A DNA stretch of 64,000 nt. Source: a virus. Both the position numbers and the translations under genes were made by a program. Within the stretch, counting starts at the first letter, position 1. Each line of letters opens with the position of its first letter. Location: positions 116,135 to 180,134 of the IMG/VR virus record IMGVR_UViG_3300023202_000336. One strand, written 5' to 3'. Below, piece after piece: positions 28,521-37,901 of this stretch. Below the pieces are notes generated by a model. The model was given only the letters and a program-made list of their open reading frames with translations, did no database searches and was not told where the DNA came from.

Positions 28521-28677
28521 GGAACGGTATCCTCCAGGACCAACCGACTCGCCGAAGCAGGAACTTGGTAAATAAGGTCTCTCCATGAGCCTTATCCCAG
28601 GACGTGAGAGGACGTGAGCAGGGCTGTGAGAGGATTGTGAGAATCACCGGCGGCTTCTACAAGTTGCCACATTTAGG
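28521..28677 (+). ncRNA. Candidate omegaRNA 3' region / right end
   Basis: GAAGCAGGAAC and hairpin GGCGGCTT-CTAC-AAGTTGCC-ACATTTAGG, shared with two other loci. Confidence 0.45.
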
Positions 28678-28690
28678 AAGGAAGGATACT

Positions 28691-29629
28691 ATGCCCGGTA
28701 CTCTTACTGCCGCGGATAGACGCTATAACGCTCTCATCGATAAGATCTGCGAAGATGTGAAGTCGATTGAGGTCAACAATCTGAAGAGATATCATCATCT
28801 CGGGAAGCACTTTACCGGGTTCTGTAGAGCTGTGAGCAGCGAAGACGGTGCTGATCGCAACCCGTACGGAGATCGCACTGTCGATCGCCTCGCTGAGGAT
28901 CTCGTTGAGAGAGGTGTTTTTCAGGCGAGTGAAAACGGCTCTGTTACGAATGTCCGGAGAGCTCTCTATTGGGCGAAGAATCTCTATGATTCCTATACCG
29001 ATTTTACGAGCCTCCAGAATCTCGCTGACCAGGGCTTCACCCTGGCGCACGCGAAGCCGCTCTTTTCGCTCGATGATAAGACCAGAGAAGAAGTCGAGAA
29101 CAACATGATCGTCGATGGGAAGGTTATCCCATCGCGATCGCTTCCCGATTTGATCACGAAGACACAGAAGAAGATGTTGACCCGTCACGCTGAGGAAGCT
29201 CTCGACGATCTCGAGAGAGCGAAGAAAGGAGAGACTCCTGTCGCAGAAGAAGCGAAGGGAGACGAAGCTGGAGACGGGGATATCGAAATTCCGGATCAGG
29301 GAGAGGGGGAAAAGGAAGAGGAAGGGTCCGATAAGAAGGAAGGTAACCCTCCTCAGGCCGTGAGGCCGAGGGAGTGGTCGGTTCAGAACCCTCTGAAGGT
29401 TGTCCGAGCGATGGATAAGACGGTTACGAAGGCTCACTCTTTGGTAGGAGATGTTTGCACGGTTATCCGTGAGGCTTCCACGATCGGATTCGATAGCGAC
29501 CGCGCTATGCAGAACTACAACAAGTCCATCGGTGAACTTCGCGACTCGCTGACCGACGCCACGGAGCTGCTCAACTCTCTTCTGAAGCAGATCCACGAGG
29601 AGGTAGGCGGTCTCCCCGCGAGGAGCTAG
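28691..29629 (+). CDS. Hypothetical protein resembling the DUF1016 N-terminal domain
   Basis: YHHLGKH, YGDRTVDRLAEDL, NVRRALYWAKNLY, LAHAKPL pattern; resemblance judged by eye. Confidence 0.4.
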   Translation: MPGTLTAADRRYNALIDKICEDVKSIEVNNLKRYHHLGKHFTGFCRAVSSEDGADRNPYGDRTVDRLAEDLVERGVFQASENGSVTNVRRALYWAKNLYDSYTDFTSLQNLADQGFTLAHAKPLFSLDDKTREEVENNMIVDGKVIPSRSLPDLITKTQKKMLTRHAEEALDDLERAKKGETPVAEEAKGDEAGDGDIEIPDQGEGEKEEEGSDKKEGNPPQAVRPREWSVQNPLKVVRAMDKTVTKAHSLVGDVCTVIREASTIGFDSDRAMQNYNKSIGELRDSLTDATELLNSLLKQIHEEVGGLPARS

Positions 29630-29682
29630 TCATCGGACTCCCTCGACTCAATATTAAAGAAATAGATATACGCTACAGTAAC

Positions 29683-30471
29683 ATGCTGCAGCTGTTCGGT
29701 GAGTACTACGGCCAGCCGTTGTCGCGCGATGCGTGTCACCGGCTGGCCGATCTTATTTGTAAATCGATAGAGTTTCTCCGAGGCGTTAGGAACACCGTCG
29801 TGCAGACGGTACTTCAATACGAAGGTGCAGTGCTCTCGAGGAGGCGTGCTCGGATACTGGCCCGCCAGCTCGCCGCAAGAGATAGCGATCTCAAAAAGGG
29901 CCCCCTCCAGCCGTTCGAGCGTCCGATAAGAGACGAATGGGTGCCTATGGAGGTCAGTCGTACGGAGCCTTGCGTATGGAGAGAGGACGAAGAAGGATAC
30001 ATCCTTCACCTCTTCTGTCTCGCAGGTCATCCGGCGGGCCACTTGCTCCAGAAGAAAGTTCCGGAGACGTGGCTGGCGTGGCTGGCGTATCAGATCGGAT
30101 TCAGCAAGAAGGTGCCTTACACCTATGAGCCCGAGATGTTCATCGGGCTACGGTTCTGGGGTTACCTCCTGGCAGAGGAGAGCGAGGGGTCTGGCCTCTT
30201 GACATTCGAGAGGTGGGATATTAGCTTAAAGTTCCGTAAGTATAATCGTACCATAATCTTACGTAGGAGCAGGCTCGATCTCGGCCTGGATGACTACGAC
30301 GGTGAAACAGGTCGGAAGTTAGAACACTCTTGCCCTTTTGATTTCGAGCACTATTGTTCTGAATGTTCAGTAGACGTAAATGATTGTGTAGCATCGTATA
30401 ATCGCGACGTACTTAACGACGGGGCAGCACGTGGAGTCGACAGACGGGAAACCGGGGTTCGAGGACTATGA
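29683..30471 (+). CDS. Hypothetical protein
   Basis: 262-aa ORF in operon orientation. Confidence 0.6.
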   Translation: MLQLFGEYYGQPLSRDACHRLADLICKSIEFLRGVRNTVVQTVLQYEGAVLSRRRARILARQLAARDSDLKKGPLQPFERPIRDEWVPMEVSRTEPCVWREDEEGYILHLFCLAGHPAGHLLQKKVPETWLAWLAYQIGFSKKVPYTYEPEMFIGLRFWGYLLAEESEGSGLLTFERWDISLKFRKYNRTIILRRSRLDLGLDDYDGETGRKLEHSCPFDFEHYCSECSVDVNDCVASYNRDVLNDGAARGVDRRETGVRGL

Positions 30472-31048
30472 AGAGGCCCGGTCGGCTCATGAGGTACTTG
30501 CTCGCCCGAGCGGCGTTCCAAGGGGCCACGAGCGCCTGGGGATGCTCCGTAAGTCGCACGTAGAAGAGATCGCACCGTCACCGAAGTATCTCGACCGTGA
30601 ACGAACATGGTTTATCCCTGCACTTGCTTACTGCATGATGCGGATGGACCGGTCGCTTTTCGAACTCTACTCTTGGGCGATTGATAAAGATATAGATGTA
30701 GTTTCGTATAGAACTGATTCGCCTCTAGTAACATTCTCGGGGGTCGATATATCGAAGAATCCGTGGTTCCACACGGTACAGGGGGCTGAAACTCCGATAG
30801 CAGGCGCGTTCACAGAGTATATCAAAACGTATAAATTTAACGACACCATCAATAACGTTGAGTGGTGTCTTCACGCAGCGCCTTTACGTATCGCAGATCC
30901 ATTCCACGATGGAGAGATGAGATCTGGTATCGATGCTATAGTATTTCTTCCGGAGTGTATGACCACGAAACGGAAAGTGTGCGTTATAAAAGGAGCAGGA
31001 CTCCACCTGGGGATACCTGAACTCGGTATCGTCGGGAGCCCTGAATGA
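30431..31048 (+). CDS. Hypothetical protein
   Basis: 205-aa ORF overlapping neighbours. Confidence 0.6.
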   Translation: MESTDGKPGFEDYEEARSAHEVLARPSGVPRGHERLGMLRKSHVEEIAPSPKYLDRERTWFIPALAYCMMRMDRSLFELYSWAIDKDIDVVSYRTDSPLVTFSGVDISKNPWFHTVQGAETPIAGAFTEYIKTYKFNDTINNVEWCLHAAPLRIADPFHDGEMRSGIDAIVFLPECMTTKRKVCVIKGAGLHLGIPELGIVGSPE

Positions 31049-31377
31049 GCTCGATCCCCTTTAGAATTACGACTATTTTCAAAACTACGGAAGCAGGGTA
31101 TAGCTTTGGTACAGATGAATACCTTTCTCGTAGTCTCGTTTCCGAGCGAGAAGAGAAGGTTTTTGCATTTGCGATTACTGAGCGATCGAGACCCCGAGTT
31201 TTCGAATACGACTACGATAGAGACGGTTTAGAAGCTCTTGCGAATCTAATCAGGAGCGAAGAGGTTATATCGGTCGTGAAAGGTCGGAGAGCCGACTTTG
31301 CTCACGAATCGGTGGTTTCGTTATCGGACGGGCGTGATCGGATGGAAAACAGAATCATAGTATCGAGGAATATATGA
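31045..31377 (+). CDS. Hypothetical protein
   Basis: ATGA-coupled ORF. Confidence 0.55.
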   Translation: MSSIPFRITTIFKTTEAGYSFGTDEYLSRSLVSEREEKVFAFAITERSRPRVFEYDYDRDGLEALANLIRSEEVISVVKGRRADFAHESVVSLSDGRDRMENRIIVSRNI

Positions 31378-31784
31378 CCACGAAACGGCGTAAAAAGAAG
31401 AAAGCTGGTCCGAAGAAAATCCCGATACGTTACGTCGACGGTAACGAGCACGTGGAGTACGTTCCGCGTACTTCGAAAGAACTTAAGACGGAACTAGAAA
31501 GAATACAACTCGCTATTCGTCGCGCACTGCGCGTTCTCTCTAAATTACGAAGAAAGAGGCATATCGTCCTCGTGACCGTAAGGTTTCAGCTTCGTAACTG
31601 TTTAAAAGAGATCGTGAACGACGCTTCTGACGAAGCAGTGGCTGACGAGATAGCGCGCCTCAGTTATGTTATGGAGGACACGGTAATGCTTCTTGAGCAT
31701 CTGAAGCATTCGAGAATCCCGTGCCTCGAAGAGGCAAGATTTTTGTTAACCTACGGGCAAACCCCTAAGCAACGAGAAACGTAG
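31374..31784 (+). CDS. Hypothetical basic protein
   Basis: ATGA-coupled ORF. Confidence 0.55.
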   Translation: MTTKRRKKKKAGPKKIPIRYVDGNEHVEYVPRTSKELKTELERIQLAIRRALRVLSKLRRKRHIVLVTVRFQLRNCLKEIVNDASDEAVADEIARLSYVMEDTVMLLEHLKHSRIPCLEEARFLLTYGQTPKQRET

Positions 31785-31807
31785 CATCCCGGAAGGTAAC
31801 AGACAAA

Positions 31808-32446
31808 ATGGGTAAAATTTTAGTTACAGCAGATAGAGAAATTATCGTACGGGGGACACCGCCGTTCCGTCTTCCAGACATTGTTGCTCCGGATCTCGCG
31901 ATCGCGCTCCTTGCGACTGAACCCGGTGACAAATATTTCGTAGCTGAAGTAGCGAGGTGTTTTACGCCGTCAGATAAAAAGCGGCTCAGAAAAGAATGTA
32001 AAAGAATAGGAGGAAGCGTATGGGACCTGTACAGGAGTAAGGCTACAAAATGGTCCTCGCTTATCAATAACGATAATAGGTGGCATATCGAAGACTTCGA
32101 TGTGATCTATCGAGTAGAGATCGGAAGTGATCATGCTAAAGAGATCATTGTTACTTCAGCGAATGTAAGGTTTGTTTCAAACGGAGAGCGACTATTGACG
32201 TTTCCTGAGTTCGAATTGACCTATGGGATTAACGTGAGCCACTATCTCGAGGAGTTTAGACACTCTATCAATGAAACGATCGATGAATGTCAGCGGCATA
32301 TTACTTCGGATGTCATTCAAAAAAATATGTCGGTGATCGATCCGAACGGTCACGTACAGACGAAAGGATTCATAGTCCTCGAGTCTCAGGACGAGAAAGA
32401 CTGGCGTCTCCCGAATGGGTACACGCTCCTTTCTCCCGACGAATAG
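31808..32446 (+). CDS. Hypothetical protein
   Basis: 212-aa ORF. Confidence 0.6.
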   Translation: MGKILVTADREIIVRGTPPFRLPDIVAPDLAIALLATEPGDKYFVAEVARCFTPSDKKRLRKECKRIGGSVWDLYRSKATKWSSLINNDNRWHIEDFDVIYRVEIGSDHAKEIIVTSANVRFVSNGERLLTFPEFELTYGINVSHYLEEFRHSINETIDECQRHITSDVIQKNMSVIDPNGHVQTKGFIVLESQDEKDWRLPNGYTLLSPDE

Positions 32447-32450
32447 ACTC

Positions 32451-32479
32451 TTGACAAACCTACCTACGAACACTAGCGT
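32451..32479 (+). promoter_or_regulatory. Sigma70-like promoter
   Basis: TTGACA, 17-bp spacer, TAGCGT; the same TTGACAAACC recurs at 38536. Confidence 0.5.
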
Positions 32480-32499
32480 CCCATCGCAACGGAGACATT

Positions 32500-32799
32500 A
32501 TGGCTATTGAGCAGTTCGATTTCGAGGTTCATTCACCGGAGGAATTCCCTGAATCTCATTCTTTCACTATTACTATTCACGTTCCTGTTCCCGAGGAGGG
32601 CAAGCAGTCGGGCGTTCTGAATTACCTGCGCTCGAAGCAGCTCAAGGAAGACGTCGTGAACAACTGGGTGCGGAAGAACGCGACCGGATACGGTATCGAG
32701 ATCCGTAATGGTCCTCGGCCGGTACATTCGGTCGATAACGACCGCAATTCCCCGGTAATTGCGTATGAGCAGGACTTCCGTCTGACGAGGCCTATCTAA
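32500..32799 (+). CDS. Hypothetical protein
   Basis: GGAG RBS and promoter upstream. Confidence 0.65.
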   Translation: MAIEQFDFEVHSPEEFPESHSFTITIHVPVPEEGKQSGVLNYLRSKQLKEDVVNNWVRKNATGYGIEIRNGPRPVHSVDNDRNSPVIAYEQDFRLTRPI

Positions 32800-33266
32800 T
32801 GCAGGATATGTCGAGTCCCGAGGAAGCGGCGCATTCGGCGTTCTCACAAGGGTATCAGCAGGATTCGGTCACGAAGTTTCTGCTGGGGGTCGGTCTCGCT
32901 GAACACGAGCCGATCTTCAGAATGACTTTGAAGACCATTTCTGACAGGCCGGATGAGCCGGGTATACGAGAAATTACGATAGCTACTATTTCGCTTTTGA
33001 TGACCCTCGGGCAGATATCGATGCCGGTTATCATGTATACGGTCGGTCATCTGAACAAACGTAGTGAAGAAGAGATCAAAGGTGATGCGATTGCAATTAT
33101 GAACGGAGCGTATATAGTTTTGCCCGATTCAGAACGGGAGAGCGGTAACATCATACTGAGCTTGGAGACCATGAAGGAAGTTGATACCAGACCGGTATCG
33201 TTCGTTTCATCTGTTTACTCACTGGCGGCAATATGGGAAGAAGCGGAGAGAATTCTCGAAAGTTGA
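32799..33266 (+). CDS. Hypothetical protein
   Basis: TAATG-coupled ORF. Confidence 0.6.
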   Translation: MQDMSSPEEAAHSAFSQGYQQDSVTKFLLGVGLAEHEPIFRMTLKTISDRPDEPGIREITIATISLLMTLGQISMPVIMYTVGHLNKRSEEEIKGDAIAIMNGAYIVLPDSERESGNIILSLETMKEVDTRPVSFVSSVYSLAAIWEEAERILES

Positions 33267-33799
33267 GAAGTAGGTGCTCGATATGTGGCACCGAATACGA
33301 AGAATCTTCGCTCGAAACATTAAAGAAAAGAATAGTAAACTGCTGCAAATCTCCTACGCGGAGAAAATATACTATACCTAACATACAGAAAACCGGGGTA
33401 AGCTTGCCGGCCTCTCAGCCGGCAAGCTTACCCTTTTCGGTCGAATTCGACCGGCATATCGAAAGTCAAAATTCATCACACTACGCTCATTGGTCGAGAG
33501 GGCGTAAAGATAAGACCGATTGGATGCGGCGAGTCGCTATAAAGCTCGGGAAGATGCGCGGACTGCTACTCCCCTGGTCTTCATGGATGATTCAACGCAT
33601 TTACTGTCATCCGAAACGCGAAATGGATTTCGCGAATATCGTTGGGGGCGCGAAACCTCTCATCGATTCCTTGCGGGATTGCTCGATTATCAAGGACGAT
33701 AGTCCTCGGTACTTTCATTGTGAATACGAGCAGCATAAAGGTGACCGAAATGTTACCGTTCTCACCCTTGTCGAGGTAACCTATGACGACAACGATTAG
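33233..33799 (+). CDS. rusA: RusA-family Holliday junction resolvase (start uncertain)
   Basis: MDFANIVGGAKPLIDSL and IKDD align with RusA RDLDNxxKxxxDxL and DD; adjacent to ruvB and ruvA. Confidence 0.65.
   Translation: MGRSGENSRKLRSRCSICGTEYEESSLETLKKRIVNCCKSPTRRKYTIPNIQKTGVSLPASQPASLPFSVEFDRHIESQNSSHYAHWSRGRKDKTDWMRRVAIKLGKMRGLLLPWSSWMIQRIYCHPKREMDFANIVGGAKPLIDSLRDCSIIKDDSPRYFHCEYEQHKGDRNVTVLTLVEVTYDDND
33396..33453. repeat. 16-bp perfect inverted repeat plus adjacent 16-bp palindrome
   Basis: GGGTAAGCTTGCCGGC-CTCTCA-GCCGGCAAGCTTACCC, then TTTT, then CGGTCGAATTCGACCG. Confidence 0.9.
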
Positions 33800-34748
33800 G
33801 CCCGTTTCGTTTGAGGAGTTTCATGGTCAAGAACCCGCAGTGGAGTATCTCAAGGTAGCTATCAAATCAGCGTTGAAGCAAAAGAAACCTTTCGGACATG
33901 TCCTTCTCGTCGGAATGGCTGGGATTGGTAAAACCACGCTCGGAGCGTCGGTGATACCGCATGAGCTCGGCGCAGAAGTAGCGTCACTCAACTGCGCGTC
34001 GATCGAGAAGGTATCCGAGTTCATCCCTACGATTACCAGTGTGCCGGAAGGCAGTGTTTTGTTTCTCGACGAGATCCATAGTTTAATCCCGCCGGCGCGA
34101 GAGCATCTCCTTACAGTGATGGAGGACCGGTACATCAACGTACCGATGGGGAACGGCGAAGAGGTTATGAGGGTGTCGCTCGACCCGTTTACGGTCATAG
34201 GCGCGACTACACGGCAAGGCGTGCTTCCCGCACCCCTCCTGAGTAGATTCGCACACGACCTGAGGCTATCGCTTTATAATGATGACGAGATGCTAGAGGT
34301 ACTTTGCTGGACCGTCGACAAGCGTGCTCTCAAGATTGATCATCGAGCGGCTGAGAAGTTGGTTCCCGTATGTCATGGGACTGCGCGTAGATGCGTGAAC
34401 TTAGTAGAGGCATGCGCCGACACGCTGTTCGGCATTGGTTCTGAAGATGTAACTAGAGACGGAAAGAACGTCATAAACAGCGAAAATGTAGATCTTACGT
34501 TAGAGCGACTCGGATATCGAGGAGAATTTAGTCGCGACGAGTGGCGTTATCTCGAGACGATAGTAGAGACCCCCAAAAAGAGGGCAGGAATCAAGACGTT
34601 GAGTACCCTTCTCGACGAGACGGAGCGTACAATCGAAGATATCTACGAACCGTGGCTTATTCAGAGAGGGTATATCATGAAGGAGAGCCATGGCCGCCAC
34701 GTCACTGAGAAAGGATTAGAAGCTTATGATAGGTTATGTGAACGGTAA
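33783..34748 (+). CDS. ruvB: Holliday junction branch-migration helicase RuvB
   Basis: RPxSFEEFxGQ, HVLLVGxAGIGKTT, LFLDEIH, IGATTRxGxLPAPLxSRF, IYEPWLIQ. Confidence 0.95.
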   Translation: MTTTIRPVSFEEFHGQEPAVEYLKVAIKSALKQKKPFGHVLLVGMAGIGKTTLGASVIPHELGAEVASLNCASIEKVSEFIPTITSVPEGSVLFLDEIHSLIPPAREHLLTVMEDRYINVPMGNGEEVMRVSLDPFTVIGATTRQGVLPAPLLSRFAHDLRLSLYNDDEMLEVLCWTVDKRALKIDHRAAEKLVPVCHGTARRCVNLVEACADTLFGIGSEDVTRDGKNVINSENVDLTLERLGYRGEFSRDEWRYLETIVETPKKRAGIKTLSTLLDETERTIEDIYEPWLIQRGYIMKESHGRHVTEKGLEAYDRLCER

Positions 34749-35358
34749 GGTTATATACGTCGATGACGAGTCGGTAACTATTTCAATATCGACGAGCGAA
34801 ACTGATGAAATCGGTTACGATCTAAAATTTCGAGATGCTTCTTCGTTTTTTGACGTCTATTCTCCAAAATACGCGGCAGGCCGCATCATAGTAGCCTCCC
34901 TATGGGTCTGGTCGGTACTGACCGAACGAGGAGCGTCGCTTTACGGGTTTTTCAGTCCGGCGGACAAGGTCGCGGCGAAACTCATCAGCAAAACTCCGAA
35001 AGTCGGTCCAGCGCTCGCGTCGAGACTCGTACAACCCCACGGAACAGATTACATAAAGAGCCTTGTACGGGCGGGTGATGCGAAGGCGATGGCGAAGACC
35101 TGTTCAGGCCTTGGAGAACAGAAAGCAAAGGCCATAATACAAGGCTTGCAGCGGAGCTTCCCGAAAACTCTAGAGGCTCACGACGGCGAGCCGGAGCATC
35201 CGATGACGAGTCGATTGGCGGAGACCTTAGCTGGTATTGGCGTAGACGTGGATAGGAAAGTCGTATCTCAAGTAATCGAAGAGGCAGCTGAGAAGAGTCT
35301 TCCGATGTCTCAATGTCTTGAACTTTATTTTCGTGCAACGAAACGGAGCCGTAAATGA
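34726..35358 (+). CDS. ruvA: Holliday junction binding protein RuvA
   Basis: MIGYVNGKV, IGY, LYGF, KVGPALA and GLGEQKA helix-hairpin-helix motifs. Confidence 0.85.
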   Translation: MIGYVNGKVIYVDDESVTISISTSETDEIGYDLKFRDASSFFDVYSPKYAAGRIIVASLWVWSVLTERGASLYGFFSPADKVAAKLISKTPKVGPALASRLVQPHGTDYIKSLVRAGDAKAMAKTCSGLGEQKAKAIIQGLQRSFPKTLEAHDGEPEHPMTSRLAETLAGIGVDVDRKVVSQVIEEAAEKSLPMSQCLELYFRATKRSRK

Positions 35359-36569
35359 CAAATGAAAGCTATCATGACTCTCGTGTAGAGTCGATCAAAA
35401 AGTCGTCTGAGAAGGCGTTCAGAGAACTCCCCGAGTCGGAGGTCGATACTGCGAAGGCAATGCGAGCGCAGCTTTTCGAATGGCTCGTTCAGATGGACTC
35501 GACATATCGGGATGTACGAAATCTCGCGAACGATGACATGGCGAATATCGCTGCAAACGCCGCAGAAGCGTACGCTTCCTCTCAGAAGCACGGGGCGTTG
35601 AAGAAGGCGCTCGAAGATCTTTCGGACGATGAGCAGCTCAATTTGATGCGGTACGTTCTGCGTTCCGTATTCGGGGTTTACGCGAGAGGCGCTGCGCTCA
35701 TGACCCGCGCCGGCGATGACCGTCCGTGGGATAGTATCGGTTTTCATGTCGATGCAGGTTGTAACGGTGTTTTCGCGAAGGTCGGATCGAACCCGTATCA
35801 GCCGATCGGATTTGATGACGGCGAAAAGTATATCGGAACCGAAGGATCGAAGACGCTTTGGATACGAGATTTCGCATTTGCGCTTATGTTGCCGTATGCG
35901 CCTCCTTTCGAGGTCGAATCGGCAGAGATTGATACCGAGCGCGTTTCGGATGAAGTGTCGCTTTCCGATAAGGAACGTGAGCTCATCCAGGAAGCGATTG
36001 ATGCGTTTGATGAAGATATCTCGAAGCATTCCAAAGCGAAAAATAAGAAAGAACGTAATGAGACTGAAGACTTCATGCGTGATACTACTCTGAAACTGAT
36101 GCGACTCAGGGTCCCACGCCTTGACAAGAAGCTCGATGAGGTTTCAGAAGAGCATCCGGAGCTTGGAAGCGATTTTAGAAATTCGAATATCGTCGAGCTT
36201 TTTCTCGCGATGCGAGAGTTTCTTTCCTTGAAGCTCGAAGACGACGCTGTGAAACGGGACATCGAAGCAACGCAGCTTCGTATCAAGAGTTCTGAAGATG
36301 CAGCGCGGGGGCTTGTCGTTCAGCTCCTTGACAAGCTCGCCGCGGAGATCCCGAAGGAAGGCGAAGGTCCGGACTCGGATAACATCCAGCGCATAGTTAC
36401 GGAGGTAGAAGTAGCTTTCCCTAAAGTGAAAGAGATTACGAGCGAAATGGTAGGTAAGTCAGACGTTACAGAGGCTGCGAAGGCAGTTATGGTGTTCCTC
36501 CAGAGGGAACTCGATCATATCAACTCAGCAGAGGAGTCTGCGAATGGAGACACCGAACTCGAGTCTTGA
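35355..36569 (+). CDS. Hypothetical helical protein
   Basis: 404-aa ATGA-coupled ORF. Confidence 0.65.
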   Translation: MTNESYHDSRVESIKKSSEKAFRELPESEVDTAKAMRAQLFEWLVQMDSTYRDVRNLANDDMANIAANAAEAYASSQKHGALKKALEDLSDDEQLNLMRYVLRSVFGVYARGAALMTRAGDDRPWDSIGFHVDAGCNGVFAKVGSNPYQPIGFDDGEKYIGTEGSKTLWIRDFAFALMLPYAPPFEVESAEIDTERVSDEVSLSDKERELIQEAIDAFDEDISKHSKAKNKKERNETEDFMRDTTLKLMRLRVPRLDKKLDEVSEEHPELGSDFRNSNIVELFLAMREFLSLKLEDDAVKRDIEATQLRIKSSEDAARGLVVQLLDKLAAEIPKEGEGPDSDNIQRIVTEVEVAFPKVKEITSEMVGKSDVTEAAKAVMVFLQRELDHINSAEESANGDTELES

Positions 36570-36990
36570 AGGTAAAGGCAATTTTGTTCGATGCGGGCAG
36601 CAATTCGAGTTCTATAGTGAGAGTTTTAAGCTTTCTATACTCGTCGAGAAAGAGGCTGGCGAAGAGAGTACCATTACGATTAATATGTTTGATAAGAAGC
36701 AGCTGAAAGAGAAGGATCCGAAGCCGTTCCTTACGATCCCCGATCAGACAGAGGCAGTTATCGACGAGTTCATGGACCTCATCGGTAATATAGGTCTCAT
36801 AAAGAATCATTTGAGGAAGGATCATTCTTTCAGGATGCTCTCCAGAGCTGCTGAAGACGAGGACGAGGACGAAGAAAAGAAAGAGATTACGAAGAAAGAT
36901 GTTACAGGTGAAGATGTAAAAAGGCTCACGCATAGACCGTCGCCGCCGAGCACCACCGGCTCCAAAGACAGAGTCCCGGCGAAGATATGA
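36544..36990 (+). CDS. Hypothetical protein
   Basis: 148-aa ORF. Confidence 0.55.
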   Translation: METPNSSLEGKGNFVRCGQQFEFYSESFKLSILVEKEAGEESTITINMFDKKQLKEKDPKPFLTIPDQTEAVIDEFMDLIGNIGLIKNHLRKDHSFRMLSRAAEDEDEDEEKKEITKKDVTGEDVKRLTHRPSPPSTTGSKDRVPAKI

Positions 36991-37901
36991 CTTACGTCAG
37001 TATGAGCAAAGTAAGAAGCTATTCACCAGTAATAATCGATATTTTAAGTAAAGAGATGTGCGTATATAAAGGCTACATTTTTAACTATGATGGGAAGTCC
37101 ACAAAAGAAGAGATACCTAGTCTTAATGAGCTGGCGGCGAAAGAAACTCGAAAATCTTTAGGGTATATATTTAAAGTATTGTCCTCATTAGGCGTGGATA
37201 CATTAGTAAAATTTTACGGCGATAGCGATTCGAAAATCCCTATTATACGCGCTTCTCAATCGAAAACAGGTGAGCATTTGGCGCCTATATCTAAAGTGTG
37301 CTTAGATCGGATTACTTTAGCTAAAGAGCTCTTGATGGAGGGTGGTTTCAGCTACTCGCAAGGGGTCAAAAATGGGTATAAAAAGCTAATAAATGAAATT
37401 GCATATAGGGCCCAGCGTAGCGTCGTAACGGTTCGTAGTTATTTGAACAGGGCCGGTTTCAGTAGAAAGGGGGCTGCTAAGTGGGCGAAAAAGAACGGGT
37501 GTTTCGAAAAGAACTGGTTCGGCGATGTATTGAGCGAGTCTCTCGAGTCTCCTAATAATGGTTCAAGAGAGGGCCTTTTCGACATGGGACTCGAGAAGGA
37601 AGGTATAGACGTTGAAGAGGGCGAAGATACCCCAGAGAGTATCGAGGCTAGTCTAGTCGAAGAGCATAAGAAGCGGGTTCAGATAGCTGAAGAGCTAATA
37701 GAGCATGTAAAGAAAAGTGGATATATCGAGAGCGATAAAAAGCTGAGATTGCTAGTACATTATTACGATACGGCACGTAGGACGATTAACATAATGAGCG
37801 ACTGGTTAAGCATAGAGCTCTCAGATGAATACGAATCTGAGATGAACAAGCCTCAAGGGTCTCCCGATATTCTTGAAGTACTTAAAGCCGGCGAAAGGTG
37901 A
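36987..37901 (+). CDS. Hypothetical protein
   Basis: 304-aa ATGA-coupled ORF. Confidence 0.6.
   Translation: MTYVSMSKVRSYSPVIIDILSKEMCVYKGYIFNYDGKSTKEEIPSLNELAAKETRKSLGYIFKVLSSLGVDTLVKFYGDSDSKIPIIRASQSKTGEHLAPISKVCLDRITLAKELLMEGGFSYSQGVKNGYKKLINEIAYRAQRSVVTVRSYLNRAGFSRKGAAKWAKKNGCFEKNWFGDVLSESLESPNNGSREGLFDMGLEKEGIDVEEGEDTPESIEASLVEEHKKRVQIAEELIEHVKKSGYIESDKKLRLLVHYYDTARRTINIMSDWLSIELSDEYESEMNKPQGSPDILEVLKAGER

Larger units (their letters stand above)
27205..28677 (+). mobile_element. Non-autonomous TnpB element (IS607/IS605 superfamily)
   Basis: Bounded by TAGG on both sides; left and right end sequences are shared with the element at 45516-45976; no TnpA present. Confidence 0.7.
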
